A DNA stretch of 54,697 nucleotides from Acidimicrobiia bacterium. Lineage in GTDB: Bacteria > Actinomycetota > Acidimicrobiia > Spongiisociales > UBA11373. The position numbers and the translations under genes were made by a program. Below, piece by piece: positions 1 to 10,811 of this stretch (position 1 is its first letter; every line of letters starts with the position of its first letter). A model generated the notes under the pieces. The model was not told the origin of the DNA. It made no database searches and worked only from the letters and a program-made list of their open reading frames with translations. Location of the stretch: assembly GCA_033722675.1 (NCBI GenBank), contig JAWVYO010000003.1:1-54697 (forward strand), in the 5' to 3' direction.

Positions 1-487
1 AGGCGATGTCGGTGGCCATCGGGATGCCCCAGCCCCGTCCGGCGTCGCCGCCGGTGCCGACGATGAGCAGGTAGAGGGCGGCCGGGACGACCATGCCGCC
101 GACCGCTGCCAGCGCCGGGAGGGCCGCCGACTTCGGGTCCCGGAGCTCCCCGAGCACCAGTTCCCGCTTGATCTCGAGACCGACGACGAAGAAGAAGATG
201 GCCATGAGACCGTCGTTGACGATCTCACGGAGCGTCTCCTCGAGGTGGAGCGGCCCGAGGGTGAAGTCCATGTGGGTCGCCCAGAAGGAGCCGTAGGACT
301 CGCCGAAGGGGGCGTTCGCCCACACCAGTGCGGCGATCGCCGCGACGAGGAGCACGACCCCGCCGGCCGACTCGATCTGGGTGAACTTGAGGACCGGCCG
401 GACGAAACGTGCGGGCACGGCCCGGGAGGAGTGGAGCCACGTCCGATGGACGCGTTGCTCCGGCTCGATACGGGGTCCTTGGGCCAT
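1..487 (-). CDS. nhaA: Na+/H+ antiporter NhaA (5' part; runs off window start)
   Basis: Manual minus-strand translation from ATG 487 gives ...VNDGLMAIFFFVVGLEIKRE...GGMVVPAALY...GWGIPMATDIA, the NhaA signatures. Not in the ORF track because it is truncated by the window. Confidence 0.95.
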   Translation of the reverse strand, partial: MAQGPRIEPEQRVHRTWLHSSRAVPARFVRPVLKFTQIESAGGVVLLVAAIAALVWANAPFGESYGSFWATHMDFTLGPLHLEETLREIVNDGLMAIFFFVVGLEIKRELVLGELRDPKSAALPALAAVGGMVVPAALYLLIVGTGGDAGRGWGIPMATDIA

Positions 488-614
488 GACTGCTGCGGAG
501 CGTACCGCTCCGACTCCTGTTCCTCCGTCGATCGACGGTCGACCGGCGGGCTCGAGGCGTTCGACGAACGGGGCCTCGCTAGCCTTCGGCCGATCGACGG
601 CCGAGGGGCGGTCC

Positions 615-1943
615 ATGCACATCGTGGTGATCGGTGCCGGCGCGGTCGGCTCCCACCTCGCCGAGCGGCTCTCCATCGAGGGCCAGGACGTCGTCGTGGT
701 GGAGGCCGATGCGTCCAAGGCCCAGGACATCCAGTCCCGGCTCGACGCCCTCGTCATCACCGGGAACGGGGCGAGCCGGTCCGTCCTCGAGGAGGCCCGC
801 ATCGAGGACGCCGGGCTCCTCATCGCCGTGACCAACTCGGACGCCGTGAACATCCTCTCCTGCCAGGCCGCCTCCGCCTTCGACGTCCCCTTCAAGGTGG
901 CGCGGGTGGAGGACCCGGCGCTTCGCGGGCGCAACGGCATCGACGGCGTCGACCACATCATCGACCCGACCGAGGAGCTGGCCGCCGAACTCCTCCGCCT
1001 CGTCCGCAAGAGCGGGGTCTCGGAGATGGTCGAGTTCGCCGACGGGCGCTTCGCCCTCCTCGGCGGCTACGTCCAGCACGGTGCCCGGCTCGACGGCATG
1101 ACGCTCGGGGACCTGCGCACCCATGTGAAAGGCTGGGACTGGCTCGTCACCGCCGTCGTGCGGGGCGGGGAGCCCCGCATCGCCCGCGGGGACACGACCG
1201 TGCAGGCGGGGGATCACATCCTCGTGATGGCGCGGGGCGACCGGACCCATGAGGCCATCGAGTTCATGGGCCTCGACGACCACCGGGCGCGCCGGGCGAT
1301 GATCCTCGGGGCGACGCGTCTCGCCGGCCTCGCCGCCGAACGGTTCGCCCGCAACGGCATCCACACCACGATCCTCGACAACGACGCCGAGCGGTGCCGC
1401 AGCCTCGCCCGGTCCTCCGACAAGGTCGTCGTCGTCCAGGGCGACGCCATGGACCCCCGGATGCTCCGAAACGAAGGAATCGAGAACGTCGACGCCTTCC
1501 TCGCCCTCACGGGGTGGGACGAGATCAACATCGTCGGCTGCCTGCTGGCGAAGGCGCTCGGGGCGCCCACCACGGTGGCCCGCTTCCACCGGTTCGAGTA
1601 TGTCGGCCTGCTGCCGGGGGTGGGCATCGACGCCGGGGTGTCGTCGCGGCTGGCGGCGGCGAGCGCCATCCTCCAGTTCGTGCGGCGCGGCCACGTCCAT
1701 TCGGTGGCGACCTTCCAGGACACGGCGGCGGAGGCCATCGAGCTCGAGGTGGAGCCCACGAGCCGCGCCATCGGCAAGGACCTCCGGGAGATCGGGCTCC
1801 CCAAGAGCGTCATCGTCGGCGGGGTGCTGCGGGGGAAGAAGGCCTTCATCCCCCACGGCGACACCGTCATCCACGAACACGACCGCCTCATCGTCGTCGC
1901 CCTCCCCGAGGCGATCCGGTCGGTGGAGCACATCTTTGCCTGA
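615..1943 (+). CDS. trkA: Trk K+ uptake regulatory subunit TrkA (two RCK units)
   Basis: MHIVVIGAGAVG Rossmann motif, duplicated TrkA_N/TrkA_C layout, C-terminal IPHGDTVI. SD GAGGGG at 603-608 favours ATG 615 over the 381 start. Confidence 0.93.
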   Translation: MHIVVIGAGAVGSHLAERLSIEGQDVVVVEADASKAQDIQSRLDALVITGNGASRSVLEEARIEDAGLLIAVTNSDAVNILSCQAASAFDVPFKVARVEDPALRGRNGIDGVDHIIDPTEELAAELLRLVRKSGVSEMVEFADGRFALLGGYVQHGARLDGMTLGDLRTHVKGWDWLVTAVVRGGEPRIARGDTTVQAGDHILVMARGDRTHEAIEFMGLDDHRARRAMILGATRLAGLAAERFARNGIHTTILDNDAERCRSLARSSDKVVVVQGDAMDPRMLRNEGIENVDAFLALTGWDEINIVGCLLAKALGAPTTVARFHRFEYVGLLPGVGIDAGVSSRLAAASAILQFVRRGHVHSVATFQDTAAEAIELEVEPTSRAIGKDLREIGLPKSVIVGGVLRGKKAFIPHGDTVIHEHDRLIVVALPEAIRSVEHIFA

Positions 1944-1964
1944 CCGGCCGGGCACCCGCGCACC

Positions 1965-3413
1965 GTGCACCTGAGACGGCTCGCCTACGTGCTCGGCGCC
2001 GTCGTGGCCGCCATCGGCGTCGGCATGCTCGTCGCCGCCGCCGTCGCGGCGATCTACGGCGAATGGGACGACGTCCGCGGGATCCTCGCGGCCGCCGGCA
2101 CCTCGGTGGCGATCGGCGTGGTGGCGTGGCGCCTCCTCGGCGAGCGCGGCGAGCTCACCACCCGCGAGGGCTTCGCCACGGTCGGGCTCACGTGGTTCGC
2201 CATCTCCTTCGTCGGGTGCCTGCCCTATCTCTTCACCGGGGCCATCCAGGGGATCGAGAACGCCTTCTTCGAGACGGCGGCGGGGTTCACCACCACCGGG
2301 GCGTCGGTGGTGCCCGATCCCGGGGCGCTCGGGAAGGGGATCCTGCTCTGGCGGGCGCTCACCCAGTGGCTGGGCGGCATGGGCATCATCGTCCTGTCGG
2401 TGGCGATCCTCCCGCTCCTCGGTGTCGGCGGCGTGGAACTGGCCCGTGCCGAGGCGCCCGGGCCGCAGCCGGACCGGCTGACGCCTCGCTTCCGGGAGAC
2501 CGCCAAGCGGCTGTGGTTGATCTACCTGGGGCTGACCACCGCCGAGGTCCTCTTCCTCGTGCTCGGCGAGATGACGTTCTTCGAGTCCGTCGCCCATGCC
2601 TTCACCACCATGTCGACGGGCGGGTTCGGCACCGACGTCGGCTCCATCGGAGCCTTCGGCGCCTACACGCAGTGGGTGGTGATCGCCTTCATGGCGATGG
2701 CGGGCGTGTCCTTCGCCCTCCACTTCCGGGCGCTGCGGAACCCCCTCGCCTATGCGAAGAACTCCGAGTTCCGCATCTATGCGGGGATCCTCGTGGCGGC
2801 GTCGGTGCTGCTCGTCGTCGGCAACTGGGCGGACGGCGCCGCCACCGTCGTCCGGGACGGGGTCTTCACCGCCGTGTCGCTCGTGACCACCACCGGATAC
2901 GCCACGGCCGACTTCGGCGGCTGGGACGCCGCCCTCCAGATCGCCATCGTCGGGCTCTTCTTCGTCGGCGGCATGGCGGGATCGACCGCGGGCGGCGTGA
3001 AGACGTACCGGCTCGCCGTCCTGACGAGCGCCGGCCGGCGGGACCTGCGGCGGCTCATCCATCCCCGCGGCGTGTTCGTCGTCCGGATGGGCCGCGAACC
3101 GGTGCCCGACCCCGTCGTCGACAGCGTCCAGTCGTTCTTCCTCTTCTACATGCTCGTGTTCATGACCGGCACCGTCGCCCTCGGGCTCATCGAATCGGGG
3201 CTCGGCGTGGGCAAGGACCTCGTGACGTCGGTGTCGGCGGTGGCGTCGGCCCTCGGCAACATCGGCCCCGGGCTCGCCGAGGTGGGCCCTGCCTCCAACT
3301 ACGCCAGTATTCACGCCGGGGGCAAGTGGCTGCTGTCGGGTCTCATGATCGTGGGACGGCTCGAACTGTTCCCCGTCCTGCTGCTGTTCACCCGGGAGCT
3401 GTGGCGCCGGTAG
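1965..3413 (+). CDS. trkH: Trk K+ uptake membrane subunit TrkH
   Basis: Pore-loop motifs GFTTTGAS, MSTGGF, TTTGY, GSTAGG and GNIGPG, plus GRLE; directly follows trkA. Confidence 0.95.
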   Translation: MHLRRLAYVLGAVVAAIGVGMLVAAAVAAIYGEWDDVRGILAAAGTSVAIGVVAWRLLGERGELTTREGFATVGLTWFAISFVGCLPYLFTGAIQGIENAFFETAAGFTTTGASVVPDPGALGKGILLWRALTQWLGGMGIIVLSVAILPLLGVGGVELARAEAPGPQPDRLTPRFRETAKRLWLIYLGLTTAEVLFLVLGEMTFFESVAHAFTTMSTGGFGTDVGSIGAFGAYTQWVVIAFMAMAGVSFALHFRALRNPLAYAKNSEFRIYAGILVAASVLLVVGNWADGAATVVRDGVFTAVSLVTTTGYATADFGGWDAALQIAIVGLFFVGGMAGSTAGGVKTYRLAVLTSAGRRDLRRLIHPRGVFVVRMGREPVPDPVVDSVQSFFLFYMLVFMTGTVALGLIESGLGVGKDLVTSVSAVASALGNIGPGLAEVGPASNYASIHAGGKWLLSGLMIVGRLELFPVLLLFTRELWRR

Positions 3414-3479
3414 CCGGTGGCGTCCCCGCACCGTTTATCATCCCCCCGCACCGATCTTCTTCACCAGGGAGTGGTTTCG

Positions 3480-5563
<2,084 letters not shown>

Positions 5564-5567
<4 letters not shown>

Positions 5568-5755
5568 CGCTCGTCCTCCTCGCGCTTGCGCTCCCAGTAC
5601 TCGCGCTCGGCCCGTTCCCGGGTGCGCTGGACGACGAGGTAGAGCCCGACGATCACGCCGGCGACGAGCAGCCAGACGATCCACGCCGCCCCGTCGTCGG
5701 GGAGGTCGAGTCCGGTGTCGTCGGCCTGGGCGAGCAGCCTGAGGGTGGCGTGCAT
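5564..5755 (-). CDS. Small single-pass membrane protein (63 aa), hypothetical
   Basis: Fills the gap between hppA and the next gene; one hydrophobic helix (AWIVWLLVAGVIVGLYLVV) then a charged tail; typical GC3; TAGGGT -10-like hexamer 9 nt upstream. Confidence 0.6.
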
Positions 5756-5797
5756 GGGGCACCTACCCTACGGCCGATCCTCGAGGAGCGATCCCAC

Positions 5798-7012
5798 CTG
5801 GCCATCGACATCACCCTCATCCGCCACGGAGAGACCGAGGGCAACGCCGGCGACGTCTGGCAGGGCCACGGCGACTCCGCGCTGACGCCGCTCGGCCGCC
5901 GCCAGGCCGCCGACCTGGGGCGCCGGATGGCCGGACGGTCCTTCGACCGCGTCGTGGCCTCCGACCTCGGCCGGGTCCTCGACACGGCCCGCCGCGCCGG
6001 TCTCGATCCCGAGCCCATGAAGGAGTGGCGTGAGGTCGACCTCGGCCGCTGGGAGGGCCTGAGCCGGGTGTCGGTCGTCGAGCGGTTCCCCGACGAGGTC
6101 GCCGCCCTGGCGGCGGGCGAGGACGTTCCGCTCGGGGGAGGCGAGCGCTGGAGCGAGTTCGGCGAACGAATCGACACCGCTCTCGACGCGCTGCTCGAGG
6201 GCGCCCACGACGGCGACCGCATCGCCGTCGTGGCCCACGGCGGGGTCGTCCACGCGGTCGTGGCGGGCACCCTCGGGTTCCGCGGCCGGCGGCGGCCCTG
6301 GCCGGTGGGACCGGCATCGAACACGTCGATCACCCGCCTGCACGTCGACGACGGATCGCGGACGATCCGGGTGTTCAACGACGCCTCCCACACCGAGACC
6401 GCCGCCGGGCCGGCAGAGGGCGCGACGCTGGGGCTCATCCGCCACGGCGAGAGCGAGGGGAACGTCCGGGGGACCTGGCAGGGGATCACCGACGGGGCGC
6501 TCACCGATCGGGGCCGCCGTCAGGCCGACGACCTCGCCGCGTGGTACCGCCGGCCGACGGCCCTGTACGCCTCGCGTCTGCGGCGGGCCCGGGACACGGC
6601 GGCGGCGCTGGGGCGTCGTGTCGGGGCCGACCCGGTGATCCGCGACGACGTCGTCGAGATGTCTTTCGGCGCCTGGGAGGACCTCACCACCGAGGAGATC
6701 GTCGCTCGGGACGGAGCGGCCTTCGCCGCCGCCTTCGAGCACGATCATCCCCGGGGCGGCGACGGCGAGACCTTCGCCGGGGTCGCCGAGCGGATGCGTT
6801 CGGCGCTCGGGGAGATCGCGGAGGGCCATGCCGGCGAGACGGTGGGCGTGGTGTCCCACGGAGGGGCCATCCGGGCATTCGCGGCGACGGCGGCCGGCCT
6901 CTCCCACGCCACCCGCAACCGCATCGCCATTCCCGACAACGCGTCGGTGTCCCACGTCCGGTTCGGTGTCGACGGCCCCGTCATCGAGGACTACAACACC
7001 CCGGGGGGCTGA
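5798..7012 (+). CDS. Tandem two-domain histidine phosphatase (PGAM-like family)
   Basis: Two RHGE motifs (LIRHGETEGN, LIRHGESEGN), each followed by an E-x-x-x-G-x-WE segment and an HGG motif. Start uncertain: CTG 5798 after GAGGAG, or GTG 5750. Confidence 0.88.
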   Translation: MAIDITLIRHGETEGNAGDVWQGHGDSALTPLGRRQAADLGRRMAGRSFDRVVASDLGRVLDTARRAGLDPEPMKEWREVDLGRWEGLSRVSVVERFPDEVAALAAGEDVPLGGGERWSEFGERIDTALDALLEGAHDGDRIAVVAHGGVVHAVVAGTLGFRGRRRPWPVGPASNTSITRLHVDDGSRTIRVFNDASHTETAAGPAEGATLGLIRHGESEGNVRGTWQGITDGALTDRGRRQADDLAAWYRRPTALYASRLRRARDTAAALGRRVGADPVIRDDVVEMSFGAWEDLTTEEIVARDGAAFAAAFEHDHPRGGDGETFAGVAERMRSALGEIAEGHAGETVGVVSHGGAIRAFAATAAGLSHATRNRIAIPDNASVSHVRFGVDGPVIEDYNTPGG

Positions 7013-8079
7013 TGCGGGTCCTGCTCGTCACGAACGACTACCCGCCGAAGGCCGGGGGCATCCAGCAGTACCTCGGGAGCCTCGTGGAGGCGTTCCCCGA
7101 GCCGATCCGGGTGTTCGCCCCCGCGGACGAGGGGCCGGCACCCGGCGACGTCGTCCGGGGGACGAAGGCCTTCATGTGGCCCACCCCGGCGGTGCGGCGC
7201 CGGCTGGAGTCGGAGGTCCGGGCCTGGGAGCCCGACGTGATCCTGTTCGGGGCACCGCATCCGCTCGCCCACCTCGGGCCAACGTTGCGGCGTCGAACCG
7301 GCATCCCCTACGCGGTGCTGTGTCACGGCGCCGAGGTGACGCTGCCCGCGGCGTTCCCCGTGACGCGGTCCCTGGTCGCCTGGCCGCTGCGCCGCGCCGA
7401 CGCCGTGCTGGCCGTGAGCGACTACACGACCGGCCGGGTGGAACGGCTCACCGGCGGCCCGGTGGTGGCGGTGGGCGCCGGCGTCGACGTCGACGCCTTC
7501 CGGCCCGCCCCCGCGCCTCCGGATCGGCCGGTGGTCGCCTGCGTGAGCCGCTTCGTCCCCCGCAAGGGCCAGCGGCGGGTGCTCCGGGCCGTCCGGCGCC
7601 TCCGGGACGAGGGTCGGGACGTCGAGGCGTTGCTCGTGGGGCGGGGGCGCGACGAGTCGGCCCTCCGCCGTCTGGCGGACCGTCTCGACGTGCCCACCCG
7701 GTTCGAGGTGGGGGTGCCGTGGGACCGCCTGCCGGGCCTGTATGCGGACGCCTCGGTGTTCGCCATGCCCTGCCGCTCGCGATGGTTCGGCCTGGAGGTC
7801 GAGGGCTTCGGGCTCGTGTTCCTCGAGGCCGCCGCCGCCGGGCTCCCCGTCGTGGCCGGGGATTCGGGCGGTGCGCCCGAGACGGTGGTGCCCGGCGCGA
7901 CCGGGTTCGTGGCCGCCGACGACGACGCCCTCGTGGACGCCCTCCGCCTCCTCCTCGACGATCCCGGGGCAGCGGCCGAGATGGGTGTCGCCGGTCGGCG
8001 TCGGGTGGAGTCCGACTTCACCTGGCGGGCCGTCGCCGAGCGGGTCGTCGGGGCGCTGCGGCCCGTCGCCGGAGGGTGA
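7012..8079 (+). CDS. pimB: GT4 glycosyltransferase, PimB'-like (phosphatidylinositol mannosyltransferase family)
   Basis: N-terminus RVLLVTNDYPPKAGGIQ, SRFVPRKGQ, EGFGLVFLEA (E-x7-E), GDSGGAPE; TGATG coupling to the upstream phosphatase. Substrate specificity is inferred. Confidence 0.75.
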   Translation: MRVLLVTNDYPPKAGGIQQYLGSLVEAFPEPIRVFAPADEGPAPGDVVRGTKAFMWPTPAVRRRLESEVRAWEPDVILFGAPHPLAHLGPTLRRRTGIPYAVLCHGAEVTLPAAFPVTRSLVAWPLRRADAVLAVSDYTTGRVERLTGGPVVAVGAGVDVDAFRPAPAPPDRPVVACVSRFVPRKGQRRVLRAVRRLRDEGRDVEALLVGRGRDESALRRLADRLDVPTRFEVGVPWDRLPGLYADASVFAMPCRSRWFGLEVEGFGLVFLEAAAAGLPVVAGDSGGAPETVVPGATGFVAADDDALVDALRLLLDDPGAAAEMGVAGRRRVESDFTWRAVAERVVGALRPVAGG

Positions 8080-8096
8080 TCCTCCGACCCCGGTTC

Positions 8097-8126
8097 TTGA
8101 CATAGCGGCGGGCACGTGGTCATCCT
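8097..8126 (+). promoter_or_regulatory. Housekeeping-sigma promoter for topA
   Basis: Perfect TTGACA (8097-8102), 18-nt spacer, CATCCT (8121-8126), about 50 nt before the topA ATG. Confidence 0.55.
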
Positions 8127-8176
8127 CGTGGCCGCTTCCCCCCTCGTGCCGCCACCCGGCACACCGAGAGGTTCGA

Positions 8177-10783
8177 ATGAAACTGGTCATCGTCGAGTCC
8201 CCGGCCAAGGCCCGCACGATCGCGGGTTTCCTCGGCCGCGACTACGTGGTCGAGTCCTCGATCGGCCACGTCCGGGACCTGCCGCGCTCGGCCGCCGACG
8301 TACCGAAGTCCTACAAGCAGGAGTCCTGGGCCCGGCTCGGTGTCGACACCGAGAACGACTTCAAGCCCCTCTACATCGTCCCCAAGGACAAGAAGAGCCA
8401 GATCACCAAGCTGAAGAAGCTCGTCAAGGAGGCCGACGAGCTCTACCTCGCCACCGACGAGGACCGCGAGGGCGAGTCCATCGCCTGGCACCTCCACGAG
8501 GTGCTCAGCCCCCGCATCCCGGTGCGGCGGATGGTGTTCCACGAGATCACCCCCTCCGCCATCCAGGCCGCCCTCGACGAGCCCCGTGACCTGGACCGCC
8601 GCCTCGTCGACGCCCAGGAGGCACGCCGGATCCTCGACCGACTGTTCGGGTACGAGGTGTCGCCGGTCCTGTGGAAGATGGTGCAGCCGAAGCTGTCGGC
8701 CGGACGGGTCCAGAGCCCGGCGGTGCGCATCGTCGTCGAACGCGAACGCGAGCGGATGGCCTTCGTGTCGGCCTCCTACTGGGACCTCGAGGGCACGTTC
8801 GCGACGGCCGAGGGCGAGGCCTTCGACGCCGGGCTTGTCGCCCTCGACGGGACGCGCCTCGCCTCGGGCCGCGACTTCGCCGCCACCGGCGAGCACACCG
8901 GGGACTCGCTGGTCCTCGACGAGTCGGAGGCCCGGGCGCTCGTCGACGACCTCGAGGGCAGTGAGGCATCGGTCCGGTCGGTGGAGACCAAGCCCTACAC
9001 CCGCAAGCCCTATCCGCCGTTCCGCACCTCCACCCTGCAGCAGGAGGCGGGCCGCAAGCTCCGCTTCTCGTCGTCGCGGACGATGCGCGCCGCCCAGAAG
9101 CTCTACGAGAACGGCTACATCACCTACATGCGGACCGACTCCACGGCGCTGTCGGAGACGGCGGTCACCGCGGCGCGAGGCGAGGTCGAGGCCCGCTACG
9201 GCTCGTCCTATCTGCCGTCGTCGCCCCGCCGGTACGCCGGGAAGGTGAAGAACGCACAGGAGGCCCACGAGGCCATCCGCCCGGCCGGCGACCGGTTCAA
9301 GGCCCCCGACCAGGTGGGCAAGGAGCTCGGCGCACGCTCCGACGAGGCGCTGCTCTACGACCTCGTCTGGAAGCGCACCGTGGCCTCGCAGATGGAGAAC
9401 GCCCGGGGCGAGTCCATGCAGGTCCGGATCGCGGCGACCACCTCGTCGGGGCGCGACGCCGAGTTCGGCACCTCCGGCAAGGTGATCCTCTTCCCCGGCT
9501 TCCTCCGGGCCTACGTCGAGGGCTCCGACGACCCCGACGCCCAGCTCGAGGACCAGGAGCGGCGGCTGCCGCAGCTCGCCGAGGGCGACGACCTCGGCAT
9601 CGCCGCGATGGCCGCCGTCGGCCACGAGACGAAGCCCCCCGCCCGTTACACGGAGGCGTCGCTCGTGAAGCGTCTCGAGGAGCTGGGCATCGGGCGCCCG
9701 TCCACCTACTCGTCGATCATCCAGACCATCCAGGACCGCGGGTACGTCTGGAAACGGGGCAGCGCCCTCATCCCGTCGTTCACCGCGTTCTCCGTCATCA
9801 CGCTGCTCGAGGAGCACTTCCCCCAGCTCGTCGACTTCGACTTCACGGCCCGCATGGAGGACGACCTCGACGAGATCGCCAGTGGCGAGCAGGAGTCCGT
9901 GCCCTGGCTGTCCGACTTCTACTTCGGGAACGGGCATCCGGGCCTCAAGGCGGCGGTGTCCGAGGGCCTCGGCGACATCGATGCCCGCGAGATCAACTCG
10001 ATCCCGATCGGCGAGGACGACGAGGGCCGCGAGATCGTGGCCCGGGTGGGTCGCTACGGGCCGTACCTCGAACGCGGGGAGGACCGCGCCTCCATCCCCG
10101 AGGACGTCCCGCCCGACGAGCTCTCGGTGGAGCGCGCAGCCGCGCTCCTCGACGCCCCCTCCGACGAGCGCGTGCTCGGCACCGATCCCGAGACCGGCCT
10201 CGAGGTCATCGCCCGTCCCGGGCGGTACGGCCCGTACTTCCAGCTGGGCCGGCCCGACGACTACGACGCCAAGGACAAGCCGAAGACCGGGTCGCTCCTG
10301 AAGGGGATGGAGCTGGAGTCCGTCGGACTGGACGACGCGCTCAAGGTGCTGTCGCTCCCCCGGGAGGTCGGCACCGATCCCGAGAGCGGCGACACGATCC
10401 TCGCGCTCAACGGCCGGTACGGGCCCTACCTGAAGAAGGGCTCGGACACCCGAAGCCTCGACACGGAGGACCAGCTGTTCACGGTCACCGTCGACGAGGC
10501 GCTCGCCCTGTTCGCCCAGCCGAAGAAAGGACGCGGTCGCAGCGCTCCGAAGGCGGCGCTGCGCGACCTCGGCGTCGACCCCGACACGGGCATCGGCTAC
10601 GAGGTGCGCGACGGCCGGTACGGGCCCTACGTGACCGACGGCGGCGAGAACGCGTCGCTGCGCAAGGAGGACTCGGTCGAGTCGATGACCATCGAGCGGG
10701 CGCAGGAGCTCCTGGCGGCCCGGCGCGACCGGATCGAGGCCAAGGGCAAGAAGCCGAAGCCCGGAACGGTTCGATCCTCTTAG
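8177..10783 (+). CDS. topA: DNA topoisomerase I (type IA, actinobacterial C-terminal repeats)
   Basis: KLVIVESPAKARTI, ATDEDREGE, SAGRVQS, ITYMRTDS (catalytic Tyr), GIGRPSTY; four GRYGPY C-terminal repeats instead of Zn ribbons. Confidence 0.98.
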   Translation: MKLVIVESPAKARTIAGFLGRDYVVESSIGHVRDLPRSAADVPKSYKQESWARLGVDTENDFKPLYIVPKDKKSQITKLKKLVKEADELYLATDEDREGESIAWHLHEVLSPRIPVRRMVFHEITPSAIQAALDEPRDLDRRLVDAQEARRILDRLFGYEVSPVLWKMVQPKLSAGRVQSPAVRIVVERERERMAFVSASYWDLEGTFATAEGEAFDAGLVALDGTRLASGRDFAATGEHTGDSLVLDESEARALVDDLEGSEASVRSVETKPYTRKPYPPFRTSTLQQEAGRKLRFSSSRTMRAAQKLYENGYITYMRTDSTALSETAVTAARGEVEARYGSSYLPSSPRRYAGKVKNAQEAHEAIRPAGDRFKAPDQVGKELGARSDEALLYDLVWKRTVASQMENARGESMQVRIAATTSSGRDAEFGTSGKVILFPGFLRAYVEGSDDPDAQLEDQERRLPQLAEGDDLGIAAMAAVGHETKPPARYTEASLVKRLEELGIGRPSTYSSIIQTIQDRGYVWKRGSALIPSFTAFSVITLLEEHFPQLVDFDFTARMEDDLDEIASGEQESVPWLSDFYFGNGHPGLKAAVSEGLGDIDAREINSIPIGEDDEGREIVARVGRYGPYLERGEDRASIPEDVPPDELSVERAAALLDAPSDERVLGTDPETGLEVIARPGRYGPYFQLGRPDDYDAKDKPKTGSLLKGMELESVGLDDALKVLSLPREVGTDPESGDTILALNGRYGPYLKKGSDTRSLDTEDQLFTVTVDEALALFAQPKKGRGRSAPKAALRDLGVDPDTGIGYEVRDGRYGPYVTDGGENASLRKEDSVESMTIERAQELLAARRDRIEAKGKKPKPGTVRSS

Positions 10784-10811
10784 CGATGGACGCGCCGGGC
10801 CGGCCCGCGCG

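Noticed and set aside
579-3431. Very long antisense/alternative-frame ORFs (e.g. 579-3431 -, 8120-10831 -, 10485-13352 -, 16039-19065 -, 46089-48701 -)
   Set aside because: These are shadow ORFs typical of high-GC DNA. They overlap clearly identified genes, are Arg/Pro/Gly-rich or antisense mirrors, and carry no motifs.
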